Shown here piece by piece: positions 35,379 through 47,432 of a stretch of DNA of 64,000 nucleotides (position 1 is its first letter; every line of letters begins with the position of its first letter). A model generated the notes under the pieces. That model ran no database searches. It was not told where the DNA came from and saw only the letters and a program-made list of their open reading frames with translations. This DNA comes from Cyanophora paradoxa CCMP329 (lineage: Eukaryota > Plantae > Glaucophyta). The stretch covers positions 62,001 to 126,000 of the forward strand of contig QPMI01000662.1 of NCBI GenBank assembly GCA_004431415.1, in the 5' to 3' direction. The position numbers were made by a program, and so were the translations under genes.

Positions 35379-35800
35379 GGCAGCCCGCAGCGAGCGCTGG
35401 CGCTTGGCTTACGCTTGTGCCTGCGTGTAAATGATTCGAGCGCATGCGCACGGTCAACGTTCAATTGTACAGTGGCGCGGTTCACACCTGCCTAATCTCA
35501 GCACAGTACAACACTCAGAGGGAAAGGTACGAGCACAAGTACATGTACAGCTGGGAAATCGAAAGCCATAAAGGCAGGGGCCCGGGGGGGCCCTGCTGCA
35601 TAAAGCGATACGCTGGAGAGGGCGCCCCGGATAGACATACACCCCTGCGATCCATATGCATGCCCGAAGGAAACTACTGCGGCCACCTAGCGCTTAAACT
35701 ACACTACAGCCACGCAAGAGAAAGAGCGCGAGCGAGAGACGGGGCGGCCGCGCGGGCTCGCTCGAGCTCGACGCGAGGGCGGCGGCGGCGGCACCGCGGG

Positions 35801-37840
35801 CTACGCGCGGGAGTTGATGGAGTCGTTGTGGCCGCGGGCGATCTGGATCGACTCGGCGGCCATCGCCTCCTCCGCCGCCTCCTCCGCCGTCTCGCTCATC
35901 GCCGGCGTCATCGAGGAGGGCCCCGGCCCCGCCCCCGCCCCGCCGTTCTCGCCGGGCGTCTTCAGCAGCGGCTCGCGCTCGCCGGCGCCGCCGCCGCCGG
36001 CCTCGACGTCCTTGGGGTCGGGGGGGAGGTGCCGGAAGACGAAGGCGGCGTAGGCGACGGCGACGGCGAAGCAGGCGGAGCCGAGGAAGAAGGCGGCGCC
36101 GGGGAGGGGGAACGGCGCGTGCGGCGACGTCCAGAAGTAGAAGACGTTCGTCATGAGGGGCGGCCCCACGAGCCCCGAGAGGCTCGAGACGAGGCTCAGG
36201 GCGCCCTGCAGCAGGCCCTGCTCCGCCGTGCCGACGTGCTTGGAGAGGATGCCGGCGAGGGCGGGGGAGGCGACGGCGCCGCAGGAGCCGATGGAGAGGG
36301 CGGCGAGCATGGCCCAGCCGCGCCAGCTGATGCCGTAGACCAGGTGCGCGAGGCCCAGCAGCGAGAGCCCGACGACGACGGCGCGGCGCTCGCCCAGCGC
36401 CCGCATCGCCACGCGCACGGTGACGCCCTGGTTCACCGCGGCGAGCACGCCCAGGTAGGAGTAGATGTACCCCAGCAGCTGCGCCGTCCACCCGAACCGC
36501 AGCGTCCCGTAGAACACGAACGTGCTCTGGATGTCGCTGTCTGCGCCCCGCCCGCGGCTTCGCTCAGCGGGGGAGAGAGGGAAGGGGGGATGGAAGGGGA
36601 GGGGGCACCGGCGATGCCGTAGAGGACGTAGATGGTGGTGAGCTGGCGCACGACGGGGTCCTTGAAGAGGAAGCGCAGCGCCCCCACGGGGCTGATCTGC
36701 GCCCCGCGGCGTCAGCTCAGCGGGGGGCGGGGCGGGGCGGGGCGGGGGCGGGCCTTGATCCAGGAGAAGGAGCTCCTGGAGTCCTTGGAGAGGGACTCCG
36801 GGATGAAGACGAGGCAGAAGAGGAAGTTGAGGAGGTAGAGCCCGAACGCCACCGCGAAGGGCGGCACCAGGCTCTCGTGCCCCAGCCTGCCGTTTTGTCT
36901 CGCGCCTCAGCCCCCGGCGCACCCTGGCCGCAGGTAGGCGGCGGCGGGAAGCGCGCACCAGCCTCCGACGAAGGGCCCCACGATGTACCCGACGCCTGGC
37001 GGGCGGGCTCGGATCGGGCGGGCAGCGGCGGGAGAGCGGGCGGGCGGGCACCGAGGGAGGCGCCGAGGGCGCCGAAGCTCGTGGAGCGCGTCTCGTGCGA
37101 CGTGAGGTCAGCCGACGACGCCAGCATCACCACGAAGAAGTTGAGGGTCACGCTCGACAGGACCCTGCACGCCCGCGAGTTCGAAGTGGTTCGGCGGCGC
37201 GTGCGGGAGAAGACACGCGGCCGCGGGGCTGACCTGGCGAGGAAAAGCGTGTAGATGTCCTTCCATATTGCGGCCAGGATCATCAGCCCTGCGGACATAC
37301 TGCAGGGCGCGTGTCAAAGAGTCGTTGCGGCGCACGACGACCCGCAGGCCGCGAGGCGGCGCGTGCACCAGTATCCGAGCAGCAAAGTGACGAAGACCGG
37401 CCTGCACGCATGCACACGTTCAGGCGCAGGCCGATGCACGCTCGGGAGACGGACCGCCGCCCGAAGCAGTCAGAGAGAGCCCCGAAGAGTGTCGAGCCGG
37501 CAAACACGTTCAGGACGTTGCTTACTGCGCAGAGAGGACAAGCGTGTGAGTAACAAACTGAAGGGCACAGGTACGCGGCGCTCCGCGCGCTGCTGGCGTG
37601 CACCAAAGTCCATCGCCCCAGAAACCTGAGCACTCCGCCCCCTGCGCACGCAAGGCTTCAGGACCCTCCGGCAAATGCACCAGAGCTCACGTACTTGTCT
37701 CCGCCCATCAGCTCCATGAGCAGCAGGGGCGAGACGGGTGAAGTGATGCCCAGCGTGAATCCTAGCAGCACGCATGAGGAGAGGAGCAGTGCGCGGGCCC
37801 TGGATCGTCCCTCCGGTGTGGCTACGTCTATGACCGCCAT
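35801..37840 (-). CDS. Major facilitator superfamily transporter (TetA/HIAT1-like, DHA1)
   Basis: GALSDCFGRR (motif A), FIPES, EQGLLQGAL, LVGPP, and multiple TM segments. Confidence 0.88.
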
Positions 37841-38033
37841 CGTCGCTCACTGCGCCTGCACCTCGCTCCCTTTTGTAAGGAGTTCAAGGCAGCAGACGTT
37901 GTACCCCGCCTGCACTGCCTCAGTGCCTCGCGGCTCCCGCGGCCCGCACGGCGCCTCTCTCGACCGCAGCGCGCTCTAGAGGCCTCGTTGAACGGGATCC
38001 CGCGCTCCGCGACCCGGCGGGGTGCGGAGCACG

Positions 38034-40006
38034 ATGGACGCAGCGGACGCCGCCGCCTTGAAGCTTCGGAAGGAAGCCTTCGTGCACGGTCTCTCCGGTA
38101 CGAGCACGGCCGAGGTTCTCCTCGTGTCCAGCGTCGCGCCGGTGCGCGCGCAATTTGATCCGGCACCGGCGCTCCTGAGCCGGCGCGCAGGCGGCGCTGT
38201 TCGCCCGGACGGCAATCCTCCATGCGCTCGAGCGACCTGAAACCGCTGGGCTCGGTGCGGCGGCGCTGTTCGCCGTCGACTTCATCACCCTCGTCCTCCC
38301 CGTCGTCCTCAGCTTCACGTGGACGCACCTGACGCCGGCGATTTTGGCTACATGCGTCACAGTCGGCGCGTCGCTCGTCTACGTGTGCGAGCGGTGCGCG
38401 CGGCCGGGGCGCGCGGGTGCTTTCGAACCGCGGCGAGCATCGCCCGCGGCCGCAGGCTCCTGGGCCGCACTGTCGTGGGCATCGACGAGGTGGACATGAA
38501 CGCCTCGCGCAGACCCGTCGTCTCGTCGTTCCGCGGTGCGCGAGCCGACCGCGCGCGGCGTGCTGCTCCAGCCGCTCGGCGCTCACCGCGGCCGCCGGCG
38601 CATCCGCGGCGGCAGGCTTCCTGCTCCTCATGACGGGCGTGGCGATCCTGGCGGTGGACTTCCCCGTCTTCCCGCGCCGCTTCGCCAAGACCGAGACCTT
38701 CGGCGTCTCGCTGGTGCCCGCCGCCCGCGACGCCGCGCGCCTCCCGAGCGGCCGGGCGAGCGCGGGGGCGGGCAGATGGACGCCGGCGTAGGGGGCTTCG
38801 TCGTGGCGAACGCCCTCTCGTGCCCGGAGGCGCGCGAGGGGCTCCGCGACCACAGCTCCTCGGGCGCGCCCCGCAGCAGGGACCGCGCCGCCGCGCCCCC
38901 CGCGGGGCCGCCCCGCCGGGGACATCCGCTGGCGCAAGCGGCGGCGGGAGCCCGGGGCGGTGGCGCGGCGGCTGGCGGCGGCGTGGCGCTCGGCGCTGCC
39001 GCTGCTCGCCCTCGGCGCCGCCCGCCTCCTCTCCGTCAAGGCCTCCAACTACCAGGTCCTCCGGCCCCCCGCCCCGCCCCGCCCGCCGGCCCGCGCGTGC
39101 CCCCCTGAGGCGGCGCAGGAGCACGTGAGCGAGTACGGCGTCCACTGGAACTTCTTCTTCACCCTCGCCGCTGTCTGCCTCCTCGCCGCCGCCTTCGACA
39201 CCGACGCCCCGCTCGCCCCCTACGCCGCCACGGGCCTCGCGGCGGGGTACCAGTACACCCTCAGCAGGGCCGGCCTCGAGGCGTACGTCCTCGACGCGCC
39301 CCGCGTCGACCTCCTCTCCGCCAACCGCGAGGGCCTCTTCAGCACCGCCGGTCCGCCCCGCGCCCCGCCCTCGTCTGCTCCCCCCCACCCATCACCCCCG
39401 GCGCCTGGCAGGGTACCTGGCGATCTACCTGGCGGCGGTGCGGCTCGGGTACGAGCTGATGAAGCCGCGGGTGGCGGGGGCGTGGCGGCGGCTGCCGCTC
39501 CTCCTCGCGGGGGCGGGGGCGCTCCTCTTCGGGGCCGTCGCCGCGTGCGACGCCGCCGGCCTGCCCGTCTCCCGCCGCCTCGCCAACGCCCCCTACGCCC
39601 TCTGGGTCCTCGCCTACTCGGCCTCCCTCCTCGCGCCGCTCCTCGCCGTGCACGCGCTCCTCCTCCCCGCCCCCTCCGACCGCGCCCGCCGCTCCCTCCT
39701 CGAGGCCCTCAACCGCAACGCCCTCCCCGCCTTCCTCCTCGCGCGCCCCCGTACCCCGCGCGCCTCCCCGTACCCCCGCGTGACGCCCCCGCAGGCGAAC
39801 GTGCTCACGGGGGCGACGAACAAGGCGGTGGCCACGCTGGAGACCCCCGACGCGCCCGCCCTCGCCATCCTCCTCGCCTACCAGGTCCCCGCCGCGTACC
39901 CCCCGCCCCGCCCTGCCCCCCTGGGGTGCGAGACCGCCGGCAGGCCGCCGTCTCCCTCCCCATCGCCGCCCTCCACGCCCGCTCCGTTTCCCTCAAGTTC
40001 TGGTAG
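38034..40006 (+). CDS. PIGW: GPI inositol acyltransferase PIG-W/GWT1
   Basis: KEAFVHGLSG, AILAVDFPVFPRRFAKTETFGVSL/MDAGVG, EHVSEYGVHWNFFFTLA, ANREG, VSRRLAN, LNRN..FLL/ANVLTG. Confidence 0.95.
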
Positions 40007-40165
40007 CCCCCGCCCGCGGCCGGCCGCCCCGCCCGCGCCCGCCCACCGGGCTCCGCGGCTGCTCGCTGCTCTTGTTCCTATGGTGCTCGCTGCCTCTGCA
40101 AGCTCTCTGCTGCACTAGCCTGTCTGCCTGGCTGCCTGCACTAGCGGGGGCGCGCGCAGGGCGGG

Positions 40166-43100
40166 CTAGCGCTCCCAGTCGTCGTCGATCTCGCAGACGA
40201 CGTGGTCGATGACGACCGTCACGCCCGAGTCGTCGCTCCCCGCCTCGCTCCCCGCCTCCTCCCCGCCCCCGTCCCCGTCCGACACGTCCATCCCGTCCGC
40301 ACCCGCCGGCGGCCCCTCGGGCGGGGGCGGCGGCGGCTCCGGGTCGGGGGGCGCCCCCGCGGAGGCGGAGGGGGCGTCGGGGGGGTCGGGGGAGATGGGC
40401 CGGGGCCGGGGCGAGGCCGGCGGGCTGGACTCCCCCGCCTCGCTCCCGCCCTCGCTGCCGACGCTGATGCTGCCCTCCAGCTCCCAGTCCTCCTCCTCCT
40501 CCATCGCCCGCACGTCCGGCGCCGTCTTGAACACCGCCGGCGCCCCCCGCGCCGCCGCCGCTGCCGGCGCCCCCGCAGCTGCCGCCGGCGCCTCCCTCCG
40601 CTCGCCCTCCTCCTCCTCCTCCTCCTCCTCCACCGGCGGCGCGTCCGGGAGGTGCTCCAAGGGCGGGACCGGGGGCGGCGCTCGGAAAAAGGCCGCAACT
40701 GGGGCCGGGGCGGGGGCCGGGGCCGGGGGCGGCTCCGGGGCCTCCTCTCCGGCCGGCCGCAGGAACGAGGCGCGCACCTCGAACGCGCTCTCCCCCGGCT
40801 GCCGGACAGGCCGCGCAGGCCCCGCCGCGTCAGCAGCGCGCCAAGGAGAAGCGAAGGGCAGGGAGGGGCGGGGCGCACGAGGGGGCGGGCGTCGGGGGGC
40901 GCGATCTCGAGGACGCCGGCGGCGCGGCACTCGGCGGCGGTGAGGACGATGCGCTCGGGGGGCCCGGGCCGGGGCCGCCCCCGGGCGGGGCCTGGCGTCG
41001 ACGAGGGCGAGGAAGGCGGTGGCCGCGGCGGCGGCGGCGCCCGAGTCGAGGCGGGGGACGGGCCGCAGGGCCACCGCGAGCGCCCCTCGCACGCCTCCCG
41101 CAGCTCGTAGAAGCGCAGGTGCACCCGCACGCCCGCGTCCCCTGCGCCCCGCTCCCCTCAGCCCGCCGCGGGCTGGGGCGGGCGGGGAGGGGGCCGCACG
41201 GGTCGAGCAGGCCGGCAGATGCTGGCCCGTGCGCGGGGCCTCCACCAGCGTGACCTGCGCGGGCGCCCGGCCGCCTCAGACCGCGCCGGCGGGCCGGCGG
41301 TCGGGGCCGGGGGCGGGGGGTTCGGGGCGGGCCTCTGCGAAGTAGAAGGGGCTGGCGGGCGTGCCGGCGCCGAAGCGGTAGAGGCGGCCCTTGGCGAGCT
41401 TGACGTGGCCCGGGGCGAGGGGGCGAGGCAGGGGAGGTCGGGGAGGCGCCGCCGGGGGGCCGCCGCCGCCCCGCGCCCCCGAGGAGGAGCCGACCGAGCG
41501 CGCGTCCTCCTCGTCGCTCCCCCCGGGGCTCCGCGCCCGCTCCCGCGCCCGGCCCCGGCTCGAGGGGGGCGAGGAGGGCGAGGGCGGGGAGGCCCGCCGC
41601 CCCGAGGAGGAGGAGGAGGAGGCCGGGACCGGGGCCGGCGGGCTGGTGGCCTGGGGGGAGGAGTGGGGGGCGGGGGCGGCGAGGTCCCCCGCGGGGGCGG
41701 CGCCGGCGAGGGAGCCGAGGGCGCCGAGGACGGCCTGGAGCTGCCCCGCCTGGGGGCCCCCAGCGCCGCCGCCAGCGCCGCCGCGCCCAGCGGGAGCGAG
41801 GCGGACGAGGAGGAGGCGGGGGAGCCGGCGGGGACGGCCCGCGGGGCCAGGAACTGGTTCACGAGGATGGCTGGGTTCTTCGAGGCCTGCGGCGCGTCAG
41901 GCCGGCCGGTGCGGACGGGCGGGCGGGCGGGCGGGGGGCGCGCCTCGGTGAGGAGATTGGCCGCCCGGATGATCTCGGTGCGCACGACGCTGTCGCTGCC
42001 GGCCCGACCTCGTCGGCGGCGGCGGGCGGGGGCGGGGGGCGGGGCGGACCTGGGCACGCATGCGATGGCGGGCTCGGGGGGGATGCGGGTGACAGCGGCG
42101 AGGGCGGCCGCGATGCGCGAGTCCGGGGGCACCGCCCGCGCCGCCTCCGCCTCGGGGTTCTCCACCGTGAGCCACCCGCTGCGCATGCGCCGGGGCGCTC
42201 AGCTGGAGAGGCGCGCGCCCCGCCCCGGCGCGGGGCGGCGTGGGGTCGCTCACCGGAGGCCCTGGCGGCGGAGGATGCCCTTGCGGGCGGTGGCGGCGTG
42301 GGAGCCGCCCTCGGGGAGGCCCGAGTAGGCGTTGAAGAAGCCCCGCAGCACCTCGAACATCGATGTCGTCGTCATCTCCTCCGGCCGCCGCGACTGCACC
42401 CGCCCCCGGGCCCCGCCCCGCCTCAGAACCCGGGCCGGGCGGGGCGCGGGGCGCGGGGGTGCGCGCACCACGAGGAAGGCGACGGCGAGGACGGACCAGG
42501 CGTAGGAGGGGATCCCATCCGGCCCGTCCGGCACCGCCCGTCGCCACCGCCACAGCTTCAGGATGCGCGTCAGCGGGATCTGCAGCCGGGGCCGGCGTCA
42601 GCGGCGGGGGCGGGGGCGAGGGGGCGGGGAGGGGGCGGGGGCGGGCCAGCTCGGGGAGGCGCTCGGTGAAGCGGGCGAGGAGGCGGGTGGAGCGGAGGCA
42701 GGCGGGGGCGTTGAAGAGGACGTTGCAGACCACGCCGGGGGGCGCCGCCACGCGCAGCATCGGGCCCCACAGCGTCTGCAGCGTCGACACCGTGCCCACC
42801 GCCGCCGCCGCCACCCGCGGGAGCACCAGCCCCATCAGCCGCGCCGCGTCCGGCTCCTGCAGCGCCCGCCCCCCGCCCGCCCCTCGGCCGGCCGCGCGGG
42901 GCGCGCGGGGCGGGGGAGGCGGGGCGGGCGCGGGGGCGCACCTTGGGGTCGGAGACGTGCACGTTCACGTCGCTGGCGAGCACGTCCGTGCCCGTCACCA
43001 CGCTCCCGAACAGCGCCGCCTGCCCCCGCCGAGTCGGACCGGCGGCGGGGGTGGCGGGGAGGGGGCGGGGGCGGGGGAGGGGCGGACCTGGGCGGAGGGG

Positions 43101-44257
43101 GAGGCGCCCTCGACGGCGTCGACGATGCGCTGGACGTACTGCTGCCGCAGGGCGCAGACGCGGTCCGACGGCTTCACCTCCAGCACCGCCCGGTAGAGCA
43201 CGTTGTCCTGGTACCCGAAGAGCGACGGCCGCAGCGGCGACGGGTACGGGATCTGCTCCTCCGCCAGCTGCGGGCTGAGCGAGCCCTCCAGCAGCCACTC
43301 CACGCGCATGTCCGCGAAGCCGCGGAGGCGCGGGAAGAACGGGAGGCTTGGCGCCGCCGTCCGGCCCGCGCCCCCGGCGGCCCCCCAGGAGCCCGACACG
43401 AGCTGCATGCCTTGGCGCGCGTACGGGAAGGTCGAGGGCGCCGTGGCGGCGGCGGCGCCGGCCTGTGCGCGCCCGACGCCGTGGCGCTCGCGCGCGTGCT
43501 GGCACGCGCGCACCAGCGCCGCCGAGAGCGCCGCGTGGATCGCCCGCTCCTCCGACTCCAGTGTGCTCTCCGCGAAGGGCGGGTTGTCCCCCACCGAGAC
43601 GAAGGCGCGGAACTGGCCGCCCGCGGACGGCTCGGCGTGGATCTTGGGCTTGCCGAATCCCATCGCGAGACAGAGCCTGTCCAGGGCCGTCTGCACGTCC
43701 CGCATGCTCGAGCTCGCGCTCGAGACGGTCTGGAACGCAAGCTCGAACGCCGCCTCAATCGCCGCCATCTGCTGCTGGCCGAGCCCGGCGAGCGAGCTCG
43801 AGGGACCGCCCTGCACGACAGCGCTCGCCCTCGACGCGACGAGCGGCTGCAGGATGGCCGCAAGGCTCGCCCCTGCGTCGGCCGCGCTGCGGGACTGCTG
43901 CTGCTGCTGCTGCTGCGCGCTCGCGGCCAGCAGCGAGGTGAGGAGCTGCACGGCGCCGGGCGAGCTCGCGCCCTGCTGCGTTTGCTGCTGTCGTTGTGCA
44001 TAGAGCGACTGTTCTTGTCTCTGGTTCGCTTGCGTCTGAGCTGCGGCCCATTGCTGGAGGGCTGTCGTTGCGGTCCCGTTTGCCGAGGTCGCGTCCCCTA
44101 ACCCACCGCCAGTGGCATACGGGGATGCGCTTTGAGAGGCCTTGCTGCCCGCTTGCGACGCTTGCTCGTCGCTGGGAAGCTGCGAGACGATCCGCAGGAT
44201 CTCCAGCAGGTCTTGCTGCGGTATGCTCGTCGATGCTCCCGCTGCTCCGTCGGCCAT
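40166..44257 (-). CDS. dsRBD + non-canonical poly(A) polymerase/TUTase-fold protein with mutated catalytic Asp residues and acidic C-tail
   Basis: dsRBD-like VQTALDRLCLAMGFGKPKI..FRAFVSV..AIHAALSAAL. NTase FGSVVTGTDVLASDVN, VCNVLFN..STRLL, LKLW, GIPSYAWSVL, LRGFFNAY, LTVENP. Confidence 0.72.
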
Positions 44258-44780
44258 CGCCGCGCTGGGCCCTCTGCGCGCGCACAAGGCCTTCAGCTCA
44301 CGTGCGGCGTTGGTCGCAAGCGGCCGGACACGCTGCGCGAGTCGCACCACACAAGGGCCCTTCACTGCGTGTGTCGGTTCTGTCCCGTAAGGGCTCTCGC
44401 GGGCCCGCGGATACCGCGTGCCTGAAGCATCGCGGAATATGTGCTCAGCCTCGGCGACTTGGGCGAGTGTACCCAGGTCGCCCCCAAAACTTTTGATCTG
44501 AGTTTGTGTAGTTTGCTTCGTTGTTTGCTGTGCGTTTGTGTAGTTTGCTTCGTTGTTTTTCTCTCGACACTCGCCGCGCTCCCGCAACGCCCCTGAGCAC
44601 CCGGCGCCAGAATCCCCGAAAACCCCAGGTCCAGGAAAGAGTGAAAAAGAACTTGTCTGCTCTGGTTTGTACAGAAACGCTTACGCAAGCAAGAGGAACG
44701 AGAGAGGGAGCGGAAGAAGGAGGATGAGGAGGAGTAGGAGGAGGAGAAGGAGGAGGGGCGGCGGGGCTGGAGCTGCCCCC

Positions 44781-47244
44781 TCACGAGCTGATGTCCTTGA
44801 GGAGGCGGACGAACTCCTCGAGGTTGATCTTGCCGTCGCCGTCCTCGTCCCAGTGGAAGACGATGGAGGCGATCTCCTGCTCGGAGAACTTGGCGCCGGC
44901 CGCGGCCGCCGCCGCGCGCATCTCCCGCTTGTCGATGAAGCCGTCCCGGTCCGTGTCGAGCTGCTGGAAGACCCCCGCCGCCTCCGCCGGCATCGCCCCG
45001 CCCACTATTGCCCGCAGCCGCTCGAACCACGTGTTCGGCACCGCGTGCGGGAACAGCCGCGGGTTCTGCTCCATGAACCGCAGCGAGTAGTCGTCGGCCT
45101 CGAGCAGTTGGAACTGCGGCGCGGGGGCGTGTCAGCGCTCCTGGCCCGGCGCGGGGGGGCGAGGGGGGCCGGGTCACCTTGTGGAAGTGCATGAGGAGCT
45201 CGGCGCCGACGGTGAACTGGTGGACCTCGTAGTAGTCCTCGCGGTCGGGGAGCCGCATGCGCATGCGCTCGAGGAACTTCCCGCCGATGATGCCCGAGTT
45301 GCGCTTGGGCGGCTCGTAGACGCCGACGGTGTCGTCGGCGAGGTAGTAGGAGACGATGAAGCGGCGGGCTATGTCCTCGGGGGCCGTCGTCACCATGCGC
45401 GCCGTGAAGCGCAGGATCTTCCGGTCGTTCTCCATGATCTTCTTGAAGTCCTTCTTCGGCACCTTGGGGATCAGGTAGATGAACGAGCCGAGCGAGTCCT
45501 CGTCCGACCCGAACCCGTTGTACGGCGGCCGGTCCATCGTCGGCGGCGCCGGCTCCTCCTCCCGGATGTCCAGCGGCGACCAGTCCGCGATCCCGTACTG
45601 CCGCTTGTAGTACTCCCGCGTGAACGGGTCCGCATCGTACCTGCCGGGCGCCCCCTCGTCAGGCACGGGCAGCGGGGCGGGGCGGGGCGGGGCGCGGGCG
45701 GACAGGAGGAATGGCCGCTTGAAGACGGTGATGACCTTGCCGACGCCGAGGTCGCGGTCCTTGTAGAAGCCCGTCTGCATGATGCTCTGCCCGGGCACCG
45801 AGAACTCGCCTGCGCGGAGGCGGCGTTCGGCGGGCGCCCCGAAGGGCGGGGGCGGGGGCGAGGGCCGGGCCGCACTCTCTCCGGTCTCGTGGGAGACGAG
45901 GGCGGTGTCGAGGATCTTGGGGAGCTTCTGCCGGCGGAGCAGCAGGGGGAACGGGTCCCGCCCAGAGTTCGCCTTGTTGACCTCCAGGATCTCGATCGTG
46001 TCGTCGGCCAGGTAGTAGTGCAGGATGAAGGAGCGCTTCTCGCCGTACAGCGCGTTGCGGTCGTCCCACACGCAGTAGAAGCGCAGGACCTTGCGGTCGT
46101 TCTTCAGGAACTGCTCCAGAGTGTCCTCCCGCAGGATGCCCGCCGCCTTCCCGAGCTTCGCCTCCATAAAGCGCGTCCTGGGCGCGCGCGCCTCAGCAAT
46201 CCGTCCAGGGCGCGGGGGCGAGGGGCGCGGGGGGCGCACAGGTCGTCGTCCTTGGGCTTCGGCGGGCCGCCCGCGCGGCCCTTGAGCTTCGCGGTCATCA
46301 CTGTGCGCAGCGTCTGGTACGCGTCGCTGGGCGCCTCCTCCGGCTCGCCGAGCTCAATGCCGAGCTTCTCGTAGAAGCTCTGCCGGGGGCGTCAGCGAAC
46401 GCCGGCGAAGTCCACTGGGATCGCAAAGCGCCGGCTCACCCTGGTGAAAGGATCGCAGTTGTAGATCCGGAAAGTGCGGCCGTAGAAGGTAACCTCGGTG
46501 CCGATGTTCAGGTCCTGCGGCAGGGTTAGCATCCGGTGGGCAGCGGTCTCGGTTTGCCCCTGACCTGGAGAGTGAAGAAGTCGTTCGGGTTGGCCGCCTT
46601 AGGCACGCGGTGCCGCTTCAGGAACACGCCCTGAGGGATGCCGCTGTTCTCACGCTTTGGCTCGGCCACATGGATCGAGTCGTCCTCCAGGTAGTAGTAG
46701 ATCACACAGAGCCGAACGCGGTATGTCTCCGTGTTGCTCTCGTGCACAGATTCCTTGAAATAAGCATCGAAGCGAAGGACCTGCGTGGGTGCTATATCAG
46801 GCTCAAGGGAGACGCCGGAAGCTCAGCCGCCGCACCTTGCGGTCAAACGCCACCCATGCAGGAAGAGCTGGTGCATCGTCTTCGATGCTCGCTTGCCTTG
46901 CGAGGGTCGAGGCTAGGGACTGGGCGGTGGCTGTAAGCCGAGAGCTGGGCTGGAAGCCTGGCTTCGGCACTCCGCCAATTGCAGGCTTCTCGTCCTGTAC
47001 TGTGCGCATCTGCGCCTTGAAGTCGAATGCATGGGACTTCTTGAAGTTGGTAACCTGCGAGGTGGAAGACAGTCGCCGAATTAGCCAGCTACACTCAAAC
47101 GCAGGAGGAGCGAAGCCAAGCTCTACAGGTACAAGCTATACAGCCTGCGGCACTGTGGTGGCTCCGCCTCACCGTGGGATCCACGTAGGTGTTGCCGGGG
47201 AGGAAGGGAATGCCCGGGATCTTCTTCGGGCTGCCCGTTGCCAT
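44781..47244 (-). CDS. EFHC1: EF-hand domain-containing protein 1 / Rib72 (3 DM10 domains + EF-hands)
   Basis: [73 protein letters not shown]-terminal DTDRDGFID and [11 protein letters not shown]-hands. Confidence 0.95.
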
Positions 47245-47432
47245 GCTGGCGACGCTAGCGAGCTGCTATGCAAGCTGCCGGGGCGCTGATCTGCTTAGCG
47301 CTGAGTTGCTTCCTTGAGGCTTCGGATGTTAAATTAGCCAAGAGTTGTGTACCCGAGGCTACCAATTAGACTGTACCCTTCCGGTGGCAGGATTCGGCGC
47401 ATCGGTTCCTCTGTGCGCCGGTTACGGTCGCA

